From assembly GCF_963921235.1 (NCBI RefSeq), contig NC_086097.1:46688001-46752000 (forward strand): DNA of 64,000 bases, written 5' to 3'. The notes under the pieces were generated by a model. It ran no database searches. It worked only from the letters and a program-made list of their open reading frames with translations, and had not been told where the DNA came from. Both the position numbers and the translations under genes were made by a program. The DNA comes from Mobula hypostoma. Taxonomy: Eukaryota. Below, in pieces: positions 1 to 12,100 of the stretch (the first letter of the stretch is position 1; each line of letters opens with the position of its first letter).

Positions 1-1470
1 TAATGAAGTCTGTAAATCCTTTTCCCAATCTTTTTTAGTTTTGTCTAAAGGAGCCATTCTCAGTCCCAACAACAGGCCATAAATATAAGATATTGAGCCA
101 TTATCAAAAGGTTTCAAATTAAAAATTACATCTATTATGTTCTTATCCGGGCTGGTAGGAAATATATGTAGTTTAGATCTTAAAAAATCTCTAATCTGTA
201 GGTATCAAAAAAAGTCGGCATTTGATAGGTTATATTTCATTGAGAGCTGCTCAGAAGAAGAAAGGATCCCTCCAACAAACAGATCCTGAAATCGTTTAAT
301 GCCTAATCTATCCCAATCTCTAAACAACAGATCATTTTTTAAAAAATAGATTGTTTAAAAAAGAATTAGAAAAAATAGGACTAGAAAGGGAAAATCTCAA
401 TAAACCGAAATGTTTTCTAAACTGTAGCCAGAACCTCAAAGTGTGTTTAACCACCAAACTCTCAGTTAATTTATTTAAAGATAAAGGAAGAGAGGATCCA
501 AGAAGAGAAATAATAGAAAATTTCATTAACAGAGTTGGCTTCCAAAAAGACCCATATTGGAGAATCCTCACAATTAACATAATATAACCAGAATGTAAGA
601 TCCGTATGTTAATTGCCCAATAATATAACCTAAAATTGGGTAGAGCAAGGCCTCCATTCTTTTTAATTTTTTGAAGGTGGGCTTTATTTAATCAGGGTTT
701 TCTCTTCTTCCATATATAGGAAGAAAGAATCGAATCTAAAGAATCAAAAAAAGACAGGAATAAAAACAGGTACGGTTTGAAAAATGTATATAAATTTAGG
801 TAAAATATTCATTTTAATAGAATTAATTCAACCAATCAATGATAAAGAGAGAGGCGACCAATTAGAAAGTGTCTTTTTCACATAATTCATTAAGGTTAGA
901 AAATTTTCTTTGAATAGATCTTTATCATTCTTAGTGATTGTTACACCCAAATATGTAAGTTGTTTTCTTACAATTTTAAAAGGAAGGTTAATATCGGTTG
1001 GTATCAAATTATTTAAAGGAAACAATTCACTCTTATGTAAATTCAATTTATATCCTGAAAACTGACTAAGATTAGTCAGTAAAAGAAACATAGAGGGTAT
1101 AGAAGTTGTAACATTAAATATAAAAAGCAATAGGATATCAGCATAAAGCGAGACTTTATGAATAGTACCTTTCCTTAAGATACCGGTGATATCTTTAGAC
1201 TCTCGAAAGGCAATTGCTAAAGGTTTTAATACCAAATCAAAAAGCAAAGGGCTCAACGGATATCCTTGTCTGGTTCCACAGTTTAATTGGTTTAGAATTC
1301 TGGAAGTTTAATTGGTTTAGAATTCTGGAAGTTATTAAGGACCCAAGCGGAAGGAGATAAGTAAAGTAATTTAATCCAATGAATAAAATTGGGCCCAAAA
1401 TCAAATTTTTCTAAGGTTTTAAATAGGTAATTCCATTCAACTCAGTCAAAAACCTTCTCCACATCCAGAG
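1..1470 (-). mobile_element. L1/Tx1-type LINE ORF2 fragment (reverse transcriptase region), degenerate
   Basis: ORF 828-1256(-) reads SPLLFDLVLKPLAIAFR...HKVSLYADILLL...FSGYKLNLHKSE...LTYLGV, matching L1-type RT motifs; stops and frameshifts nearby; 25-bp tandem duplication at 1281-1330. Confidence 0.85.
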
Positions 1471-1599
1471 AAAGATTTTTTTTTTAAATGGATCTTCCTG
1501 GTTCATCCACAGTTTCTGCTTTGGAAACACCTGGATTGTCCTCTTTGCTACACAGTCCTCAGTACACTTGCTGATAGAATCTGTGATTGTTGAGACATA

Positions 1600-3050
1600 A
1601 CTTGAGAAGATTATCTAACTTCCCTTTCTTTATTTCTTTAATTCTTGTTCAATGGTTCTTCATTGCTTTTTTTCAAATTTTCCAAATCTTCCAATTTCCC
1701 ACAACTCTTGGTGACTTTGTACGCATGAGCTCTTAGTTTGATACCTTCCTTTGTTTAAGCCTGGCTCTCCCATCTTTACTGTCCTTTGAACTGGAATATA
1801 TTTTTGTTGAGCACTGTGAAAATTTTCTTTGAATATCTTCCACTGTTCCACAATTGTTCTACAATATTCTGGCATGGACTAGAAGGGCCAGGCTGACCTG
1901 TTTCCAAGCTGTAATTGTTATATGGTTATATGGTTATAGCCTCCTTATGGAATGGACATTTTTTCTGGTCGCAGTATTACATAACAGGCAGAGTCAACGT
2001 GGATTTATGACAGTGAAACCATGTTTCAAACCTAGAGAATAGATAGGAGGAAATCAGGTGATGTGGTGTTTTGGAACATAAGAAGCTCTTTGCAAGAGTG
2101 CCACACAATGTATTATGAATAAAAATTAGGGAATACATTACTATGCATACTTATCTGGTATGAAATGAGGGTTGATTCATGAAATGATTGACTGATTAAA
2201 AAAGGCTAAGTATAGTTAATATTTTGTTTTGTGGCTGTGAATAGTGGACTGCTGCAGCCCCAGTTGTTCACAAATTATATATCCACTCTTGGTGATGATA
2301 CTAAGCTAGGTGGCAGTGTGGCTGGTGAGGAGAGTTCTGAGAAGTGGAGATGGATGGAATGTATGGACAATGATGAATATCACGCACATACTTCCGTGAA
2401 AAATAGTGAGAGGTTGCAAGACATTGGTGATCAGAGGACCTAGCTGTCTTTGGGAATGAATCACCACAACATTTTGCTAGTTGGTCTTTTCACATGTTTT
2501 GGACACAAGGGATGCTTTCACTATATAGGGAGCCAGCGTCTGGCATATTGTGTGGAGGTCCTATCTCCCAACCAAATGAAGGATATATTTGTGAAGCGGG
2601 GAGTGCAGTGTAGGTACATCAAGTTGATTCCTCAGCTGGGCAGTTTATGATATGAGGAGAGATTAAGTAGGCCAGGCCCATGCTCTATTGAGTTTAGAAG
2701 GATGATAGGAGATCTAATTGAAAGGTATAATATTCATTACAATGTTTAACAATAAATAGAAGGTGACATTTGCTCTGGCTGCAAATAGGGTAGAAAATCA
2801 AGAAAAGGATGAGCAGAATGCTCTTTGTACAAAGTGCAATTAATCTTTGGAATTCTTGAGAGGGTTGTAGAAGCTCAGGTGCTGAATATATTCAAGACAG
2901 AGATTAGTAGCTCTTTTAGACATTAAAATACTCAAGGGTTATACATTAAGTGCAGGAATGTCTTACTGAGGTAAAAGGTCAGCCATGAACTCATTGAATG
3001 ATGGAGAAGACATAAGTAGTGGAGAAATGCAGGTATCCTAATCTTAATTT
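1600..3050. mobile_element. Cluster of old, degenerate CR1 LINE fragments in both orientations
   Basis: CR1-like peptides (DDTKLGGSV; LAYCVEVLSP..KDI...VQCRYIKLIP); CR1-type tail ttatatggttatatggttata near 1918-1938; boundaries approximate. Confidence 0.65.
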
Positions 3051-4099
3051 TATTATGTTGTAATGAGTTGATTATAAGGAAGCATTACTACATGACAGTG
3101 CTTCTTGTGAGACAATTTGGCAAACTGAGGCAAATAGTGATCATTGAGATAAGCGCACTTTGATCACTTTTAACCCAACAAATATCACCTAATACCTCTC
3201 CCTGACTGGCTGCCATCTAACCACCCCAGGAGTACCCATAAAGCTGAAATCCTCAACCTGTTTTATTCCTAGCTTTGTCTAATCTCTACACCTCCGCATT
3301 GTTCTCACTGCCTTAAATCTAGCTTCTACCAGCTGTCAGCTCTACTAAGTGTCACAGTAGGTTGCTAAGAGAGTAGATACTCACTGCGACCATGTGAATT
3401 GCCTGCCAAGGTAGTGCATGTTGCTAGGTTAATTGCCATCATTGTAAATTGTCAGCAGCGTGTAGGCAAGGGATACAATCGGACAGAGATGATGAGGATG
3501 TAGGGAGAATAAAAACATAGGATTAATGTTAGTGGGTGGTGATGGCTGACACTGACTCAGTGGGCTTTATGACTCCTGTGCCCATGTCCTACCAAGTTCT
3601 TTTCATTCATCACTGCCATGCTTTCCTTGTTTTTAACATGCATAAATTAGCTCTCTGCCTCCCTCTCTCTCCCTTCTGGTGAAGATAGTGCCGAGCAGCA
3701 CTCTCCATTGAGGTCATGGTTTGGTTTTAGCTGTTTTTTTTTAAAGTTTGTATGCATGGTTTTAGGGACAGAGAAGGAGTTAGGCATCAGGTTGGCGTTT
3801 CGAGACAGGGATGTGGAAGGGTTAAAGGTCAGACCAGAGTCTAGGCTTCAACTCCATGCTTGGAAGCCAGTGATGGGGATGTGTGATGAAGGACATTGTG
3901 AATGTCAGACCGTGCCAAGTCAGTGGATCCTGGAATTGCCAATGCAAGCAGGATGCATGAGGACTGGTGCGTCAACAGGCCAGGAGATTGAGGTCCCATC
4001 ATCAGCTGGTCCAGAGGTTGACAGTGAAGGCTGAAGCAAAAAAGTCTTGTTTTGCAGTTGTTGCTTTATTGCTTGCTGTGTGTGTTGTTCTGCTGAATA

Positions 4100-4548
4100 T
4101 TGGGGGCATGCTACATTGTCACTGGAATGTGTGGAAACACTTGTGGGCTGCCCTGTAGTATGCAAGACACCTTTGAGGAGCAGTGCCTCAGAAAGGTGCT
4201 GTCCATTACCAAGGACCCCCATCACCCAGGACGTGCCCTCTTCTCGTTGTTACCATCAGAAAGGAGGTACAGAAGCCTAAAGTACCTCAGTACCACACTC
4301 AGCAATTCAGGAACAGCTTCTTTCCCTCTGCCATCCAATTCCTAAATGGATATTGAACCCATGATCACGACCTCACTTTTTATATATATTGCTGGTTTTG
4401 CACTTTTTAAAATCTAATGTATAATTACAGACACACTTACTGCAATTGATGTACTTATTTTCTCTATATTATATGTATTGCATTGAACTGCTGCTGGTAA
4501 GTTAGCAAATTTCACGAAACATTTTGGTGATAATAAACCTGGTTCTGC
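4100..4548 (+). mobile_element. L2/Rex-like LINE 3' end
   Basis: Peptide [27 protein letters not shown], then a 3' UTR ending gataataaacctggttctg; related copies at about 27960-28232 and 43165-45440. Confidence 0.65.
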
Positions 4549-5249
4549 CCCCAGAACAAACAATGCATTCCACTGTACGTGTGGTAAGTAAATGAATTGT
4601 TTGTTTTCATGGCCCGAACCTCTGCATCTTCTTGAATCTGAATCTGAATCTGCATCTTCTTGAATATTCTTCTTCTTGAATCTGAATCTTCATCTTCATC
4701 TTCATCTTCTTGAATCTGAATCTGTTTGCTTTCATGGCCCAAACCTCTGCATCTTCTTGCAGCCATTCATCAGATTTCCCCACAACCTCATCTCTGGCCT
4801 CCCGTGCATCCTTAGCTCCTGCCTGGCTTCTATTTCAGTTACCATCTCTTTTGAAATATGGTATAGATTTTGTCTCAACTTATGGCCCAAGCTGTAGATT
4901 CAGAAACTTAACAACTTGCTGTACTTAATTTTCATATCTTCTTTCTGCTTGTTACCCCAATTCAGGTGCATCTCATCAATCAACCAACTCTCTTGTTTGA
5001 ATATATTTAAAATAAGGGAAGGGTTTCCAGTGTAAGTACACATGGTGTAAAAATTCTGTTTAGGACTCGGAGATTCATATTAAACTGAAGTGTACAAAAG
5101 TGAAGACATAAAGTGACTTTAATAATCTTCCATTTAAACATTATGAAATATAACAGCCCGATCTTAGCTCGGTGGTTAGCAACTCTTACAGACTTTATGG
5201 TTATATTAATCAGCATCATCACTTAGCACTTCTGTATTCATAGCTTAAT

Positions 5250-5815
5250 CGAGTCCCGGTTCACTTCATACACGCAGGCATCTGTGCACCCACATCCAGT
5301 TTAAGTTGAGTTTGCAGGGTATTCTCTGCCGCATCGCTGGAGGGCGGGTTTAGTGGTGTTAACGATTGCCTTGTTGTGGCAGGTAAAAGTGAAAGTGAAA
5401 GGTTTACCTCTTACCTACGTAAAGAAAGTCTTTTTTTAAATGCGCATGAAAAACAAGACGGGTGTAATTACAAGTCTAATTCGGGGACTCGTCTGACACC
5501 TAGGCTCTCCGAACGGACGGTGGATAACAACGGGGACCCAAAGCAAAGCCTGATTACACCTGGACTCTGACCGGACTGCCTTTTTAAACTTGGACCCCAA
5601 GACCGGACTTTCTTTTATGCCCGGCCTCTAGAATGAAGTCCAGTCGGCAGCCGGACTTCCAGAACGAATTCTGGTTGATGTCTGCGCTTTAGAACTGGTT
5701 CTGACCATTTGGTTCTTTGAGGTGTTCTCTCATGATTATCTGGGTACTCCCAAGGATCACTTCACGGTTTGACGTTTTCCAAAGTTAGTGGCCGTACTCG
5801 ATTCAGCATAACGTA
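5250..5815 (+). promoter_or_regulatory. Candidate promoter and non-coding first exon of the EXOC3-like gene
   Basis: Locally CpG-enriched, apparently non-repetitive DNA; GC box GGGCGG at 5342-5347; IRF-E at 5385-5402; consensus donor GTAAGT at 5816-5821, upstream of the first coding exon. Confidence 0.45.
5385..5402 (+). promoter_or_regulatory. IRF-E/ISRE (also PRDM1-type) element
   Basis: AAAAGTGAAAGTGAAAGG contains tandem GAAANN units matching the IRF-binding consensus. Confidence 0.55.
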
Positions 5816-6274
5816 GTAAGTATGTGATAATTAGTCCCGTCAAAACCAGCTCTCCACGGAAGTCATTTGTATTTTCTTTCCCTTTCTTTAATGTCTTTGT
5901 TTAAAGTATGGAGTGGAGCATTAAGCCTTCAATGTTTAATTATTGGACTCTCATCAGGTTTGGTGTATCATCAGGTTCAGATATTAATATAAGTGCGCTT
6001 CTTTATTTGTTTTTAAGCTATTTTGTTTGCATTTTCTTCTTTTTTAATGGATTCGTTTTGCATTTTCTGCCATGTTCTTTTGTTTTTGTTTCGGAACGCG
6101 ATCCTGTCGATCAAGTTTTGCATGCTCAAGTTCTGTTACCAGAAATTCACGGGACTTCTGGAAAGATAGGCAAGCGAGACTGACCTTGGACTGACTTAGC
6201 GTACGATCGCCGACGGCTATTTGCTATTCGTGTTTCTGATCCTGAGCTTCTTTACTTCATGGATCAGAATATTA

Positions 6275-6518
6275 TTTGTAAAGACAAATGTAGGTCCCCT
6301 GCAGACAGAAACAGGTGAATTGATTATGGGGAACAAGAACATGGCAGACCAATTGAATAACTACTTTGGTTCTGTCTTCACTAAGGGGTCAGGGGGTATG
6401 GAGGGAAGGCTGGGGCGGGGTTCTGAGTTGGATGATCAGCCATGATCATAATAAATGGCGGTGCAGGCTCGAAGGGCCGAATGGCCTACTCCTGCACCTA
6501 TTTTCTATGTTTCTATTA
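6275..6518 (+). mobile_element. Internally deleted CR1 fragment
   Basis: ORF2 piece KTNVGPLQTETGELIMGNKNMADQLNNYFGSVFTK joined directly to a CR1 3' UTR (ggctcgaagggccgaatggcctactcc...ttctatgtttctat). Confidence 0.75.
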
Positions 6519-7499
6519 CATTCTATCCATTCTTCATTTCCTCAAGGACTAAAGGCGATTCGCAAATTCCTGTTACTGTTTCTTCCAGCTCTGCTTATTA
6601 CTTACATTAACTTATTATTTCCATTTATTTTTTCCTTTTTCTCCTTTTCACCTATTCCCTCTCTTTATTCCTTTCTCATTTACTTCTAATTCATCCACTT
6701 TTCTTTCATTTGTGGTGCTCCCTTTTCTTTCATTGAACACAATGGTCATGAGAACAAAGACGCCACAAAGACGATGCAGTTTGATTAATGTCCATCAATT
6801 ACCAATCTTACTCACTCTTTGTAAGAGCCTTCAAACTAAGCAGTGTTTCCACGTGTATCTGCATCTGCATGTCTACAAACTCCAGATATAATTTTTAAAA
6901 GCTTCTGCAGGCAACTGAAAAGAGCAACTAAATGTTGTCCCTTAGAGGAATTTGCAATGGAAATTGAAGTAATGACAGAGACTTAGAATAAACATTAAAA
7001 TGAAAGCATTACAATGATAGTAGAAAATCAAAGGCAAAGAAAGGGAGGAAATAAAAAAAAACTGTCATTAGGGATTAAAGATGGATAAATCCAAGGATCA
7101 TTAGAGATGGTGGTTCATTGGTTAAGATTTTCATTGGACTGAAAGCAAAAATGATAGGCCAGTGAGCTTGAAGTTTTTGAGAAAATGCTAGAAACCACTG
7201 TTAAGTGGTTGCAGGACAATTTGAAAATCATAAGACGATCAAATAGTTATTGATGTTTGCATTGGTCAATTAGTTTTCCAGTTCTTGGTAATGAATTGGA
7301 TTGATAAGGATGCAGGTGCACTCACAGTCACCGGGGGCAGTGTTTCTAGAAAATGGGCCATGTCATAATGTTCTGTAATGCAGAGCTATGCCATCTGAAT
7401 ATGGGCCCAGAAGTACAAATTGAGAGTATAATGTTGTTTTATTTTTTCAGAAACTCCATAAGTATGCAGTTCATTCTGTAGGAAAATATGTTTATGGAA

Positions 7500-7735
7500 T
7501 GGACATCACCCACCCACCCACCAACCACCTTCCCGTTTCCCACTGACCTGGTCTCACCTCCCCCCTGCCAGTTCGTGCTCCTTACGCATCCCCCACCCCA
7601 CACCTTATTCTGCCTTCTCCCCCTTCCTTTTCAGTCCTGATGAAAGGTCTCGGCGCAATATGTCAACTGTTTGTTCTCTTCCATGGGTGCTTCCTGACTT
7701 GCTGAATTCCTCCAACATTTTGTGTGTGTTACTGG
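7500..7735 (+). mobile_element. Penelope-derived non-autonomous element (3' terminal repeat)
   Basis: cagtcctgatgaaaggtctcgg...gctgaattcctccaacattttgtgtgtg resembles the Penelope terminal region at 63540-63750. Confidence 0.6.
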
Positions 7736-8754
7736 AGCCCTTCTAACTTTTTCTTGAAAACTGCTTTCTGCTTCGAAATAAATTTATCTATAATAATGGT
7801 GTGTAGTCAGCTTTTCCTGAATTGTATCTTAAGTCAGTAAATTTGGCTTTCAGTAGGAATTCTAAATTGGGCAATCTTTAGGATTATATGATGTCCTCTT
7901 GTTGTGTTGATTTGTATTTCTCTTTTATTTGAACCTGTAATATTTGCACCTAATTTGGAGAAATAACACAACATTGATATAAAATAAGTGAACAGAAAAA
8001 AGTACAGTCAGCCGGAAACATTGAATGTTTACTCTTTTCCATGGATGCTGCCTGGCCTGCTGAGTTCCTCCAGCATTTTGTGTGTTTTTCTTTGAAATGT
8101 ACAGAGCATGTTGCCTTTATGGAATAGGTTGTCAGAGAATGTGGTTAAAGCAGATATAATAACAACATATAAGAGGTATTTAATTATTGTGTGCGCCTTG
8201 TCATTTAAACCCATCAGGACCCAGAGTCTTCCAGCCCACAGCTCCAACAACAAGTTCAATACAACTGCCCTGTCATCTGTAATTTTCCTACATTCATCTC
8301 TTCCCGTTCTTGTTGATTTGAAGAGGTCTGCTGTGCAGTATGTAGACAAGTACTGAATCCTTACATTGCTGTGAGACCTGTGGTAAAGATCACATACTTC
8401 TGCACAATGTGCTGAAGAAGCATCTTTGCCCAAAAAGTTGACTGTTTAGTCATTTCCACAGAAGCTGCTGATCTGCTGAGTTCCTCCAGCATTTTGTGTG
8501 TTTTTCTTTGAAATGTAGTCTGCTTTCTAGCCTTGCAGCCAAAATAATCACATTGAGCTTGCTCTACACTGAACCAGAGTAATGTAAGATTTTCAAATCC
8601 ATTTCAATGTAACCATTGTCCATTTAAAATATTTTAACTGAATGATTTAAAGGTATTACTATAAATAAGCTATCAGATATATTTTAATAAAATTTTCATT
8701 TTACTTTCCTTAAGTACAGAAAAGGCACTGATTTTTTTTAAAAATTGTATTTAG

Positions 8755-9153
8755 AAGTACTTCCGAAAAGCAAGACAATGTCAAATACGGAAATGGTATT
8801 AAATGACAATTTACCCAGTGCTGAAGATTCACCAGGTCAAGGCCAGACTGCTGGTAATACTTCAGATATTGAAGATGGAAGAAATAAAATGAGTCAAAGA
8901 TCCTTCAAGAGCAGGAAGAAAGAAAACAGCAATGCAGAAGCCAAAGTGCCTGATGAAAGTCCAAAAGAACAGAATGCATTCTTTAAAAACATTTACCGAT
9001 TAAGTAGGAGGAAATTAAGTTTCTCACCTCCAAAAACTTCAGACAATGAGAAAACAAAGTTTATGTCAAATGAAAACACAGCTAATAACTTAACAGAAGA
9101 AGAAGTGTGTGTGGAAGACAAGACAGTTGAGAACACAAAGTCTCCATTGTCAG
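8755..9153 (+). CDS. EXOC3L4: Exon A copy 1 (ATG at 8778; low-complexity N-terminal region)
   Basis: Acceptor tgtatttag|AAG, donor TCAG|gtaaaa; 399 nt, phase 1-1, open frame [10 protein letters not shown]...TKSPLS. Confidence 0.7.
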
Positions 9154-12100
9154 GTAAAAATATAGACATTAATTGGGGGTAAAATGCATTGAAGTGTTTT
9201 GTTTTATTGTCATTGATCTAATCGATAAACTAAACTCTTCTGTTAGCACAGTAGCATAACAGATATATTCCAAATAAGAAGAAATTTTCGAATGGAAGAA
9301 GGACACTACTGTGGCTGACAAGTGAAGTCAGAGCTAAAGTAAAAGCAAAAGAGAGGGCATACAAGGAAGCCAAAGCTAGTGGGAAGATAGAGGATTGGGA
9401 AGCTTTTAAAAACTTGCAGAAGGAAACTAAGGTCATTAGAAAGAAAAAGATGAATTATGAAAGGAAGCTGGCAACTAATATCAAAGAAGATACTAAAAGC
9501 TTTTTTTAAGTATATAAAGGGTAAAAGACAGTCAAGGGTAGATATAGGACCAATAGAAAATGACGCTGAAGATTTTGTAATGAGAGTCATAGAGATGGCA
9601 AAGGAACTGAATGCGTATTTTGCATCAGTTTTCACAGTGGAAGACATCTGCAGTATACCGGACATTCAAGAGTGTCAGTGAAGTGAAGTTTGTGCAGCGA
9701 AAATTACGGCTGAGAAGGTGCTCAGGAAGTTAATGGTCTGAGGGTTGATAAATCCCCTAGACCTGATAGAATGCACCCTTGGGTTCAAAAGGAAGGAGCT
9801 GGAGAGATTGCAAAGGCATTAACAATGATCTTCCTAGTTTCGATAGATTCTGGCATTGTACTGGATGACTGGAAAATTGCAAATATTACTCTGCTATTTA
9901 AGAAGGGTGGGAGGCAGCAGAAAGGAAATTATAGACCTGTTATCCTGACATCAGTGGTTGGGAAGTTGTTCGGATAGATTGTTAGGGATGAGATTACAGA
10001 GTACCTGGAAGCACATGACAAGATAGGCCAAAGCCAGCATGGTTTCCTGAAGGGAAAATCCTGCCTGACTATCCTACTGCAATTTTTTGAGGAAATTACA
10101 AGCAAAGTAGACAAAGGAGATGCAGTAGATGCGGTGTATTTGGATTTTCAGAAGGCCTTTGACAAGGTGTCGCACATGAGGCTGTTTAATAAGATGTGAG
10201 CCCATGGATTACAGGGAAGTTACTAGCACGGGTGGAGCGTTGTCTGATCGTCAGAAAATAGAGTGGAAATAAGGGTTATTCTGGCTGGCTGCCAGTTACC
10301 AGTGGAGTTCCACAGAGGTCGGTGTTGGGATCTCTGCTTCTTACGAAGTATGTCAATGATTTGGACTATGGGATTAATGGACTTGTGGCTAAATTTGCCA
10401 ATGATACAGAGCTAGGTGGATGAGAGGGTAGTGTTGAGGAAACAGAGAGCCTGTGGAGAGACTTAGGTAATTTAGGGGAATTGGCAAAGAAATGGCAAAT
10501 GAAAATCAGTTTTGGAAAGTGTATGACCATGCACCTTGGTGGAAGAAATAAATGGGCAAACTATTATTTAGATGGGTAGAGAATTCAAAATGCAGAGATG
10601 CAAAGGGACTTGGGAGTTCTTGTGCAGGATACCCTAAAGGTTAACCTCCAGGTTGAGTCGGTGGCGAAGAAGGTGAATGCAATGTTGGCATTCATTTTTA
10701 GAGGTATAGAATATAAGAGTAGGGATGTGATGTTGAGGCTCTATAAGGCACTTGTGAGACCACACTTGGAGTATTGTGTGCAGTTTTGGGCTCCTTATTT
10801 TAGAAAGGATATATTGACATTAGAGAGGATTTAGAGAAGCTTCACGAGAATGATTCCAGGAATGAAAGTGTTAGTGTATGAGGAACATCTGGCAGCTCTT
10901 GAGCTGTATTCCCTGGAGTTCAGGAGAATGAGGGGGGATCTCATAGAAACATTCTGAATGTTAGAAGGCCTGAACAGATTAGATATGGCAAAGTTATTTC
11001 CCGTGGTAGGGGAGTCTAGGACAAGAAGGCACGACTTCAGGATTGAAGGACATCCATTTAGAATAGAGAGGTGGAGAAATTACTTTAGTCAGAGGGTGGT
11101 AAATCTGTGGAATTTGTTGCCATGAGCGGGTAGGGAGGCCGAGTCATAGGGTGCATTTAAGGCAGAGATAGATAGGCTCTTGATTAGCCAGGGCATCAAA
11201 GGGCATGGGGTAAGGGCAGGGAAGTGGGGATGACTGGAAGGATTGGATCAGCCCATGATTGCATGGTACAGCAGACTCAATGGGCTGAATGGCCTACTTC
11301 TGCTCCTATATCTTATGATCTTGTGGTCTTTGCTGTGCTATCTGAATGATCAGGGTTCAATTCACCCTATGACTGCATGAGTTGCCTCCAACGTTCCAGT
11401 TGTACAAATTAGGGTTAGTAAGTTGTAGACATGTAGAATTAGGCTGTTCAGCCAATTGAATATGCTCAGACATTCAACCATAGCTGACTTATTCTCCCTC
11501 TCAACCCCATTTCACCTACCTTCTCCCCATAATCTTTGACACCTTACTAATCAAGAACAAATCAACCTATACAGAGGTTGGTTCCACAAAGAAGCATTTT
11601 TCAAGGAGTGACTTAACAGATATTGTATAATTAAATTTCTCTAGTATGCTTTGACTGTCTATTTCAGTTTTCTACTGACTTCAATGCCAGAATTATTTGC
11701 AAATACAGTTAGAAGTTCAGTGTTGCATATAAATTATTGTTTATCACAAAAAAAAATTGTTTCACCAATAAGAGTAAATAACCAAGTGTAGCAATGTCAT
11801 AAAACCTGTTCTCCTTCCCAAGACCCACGGACTTGTGGTTTAGTTTAACATTCCAGCAACAATTGTGCCTGTAGTTAACTGATTGCTGGGAGGTGAAAGA
11901 TTTAAAAGGGTCCTGAGGGACAATTTATTTGTGCAGAGCATGTTGCCTTTATGGAATAGGTTGTCAGACAATGTGGTTAAAGCAGATATGATAACAACAT
12001 ATAAAAGATATTTACTTATTGTTTAAGCCTCGTCATTTAAACCCATCAGGACCCAGAGTCTTCCAGTCCACAGCTCCAACAACAAGTTCAGTACAACTGC

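Noticed and set aside
4512..4766. ORF with QIQIQEDEDED repeats
   Set aside because: It is a translation of a simple-sequence array, with no splice or homology support.
5016..5030. Possible NF-kB site (GGGAAGGGTTTCC)
   Set aside because: It does not fit the GGGRNNYYCC spacing; too weak to call.
8029..8433. Minus-strand ORFs repeated at 12023 and 20964
   Set aside because: They lie in decayed repeat fragments copied with the tandem duplication, and the frames are not conserved between copies.
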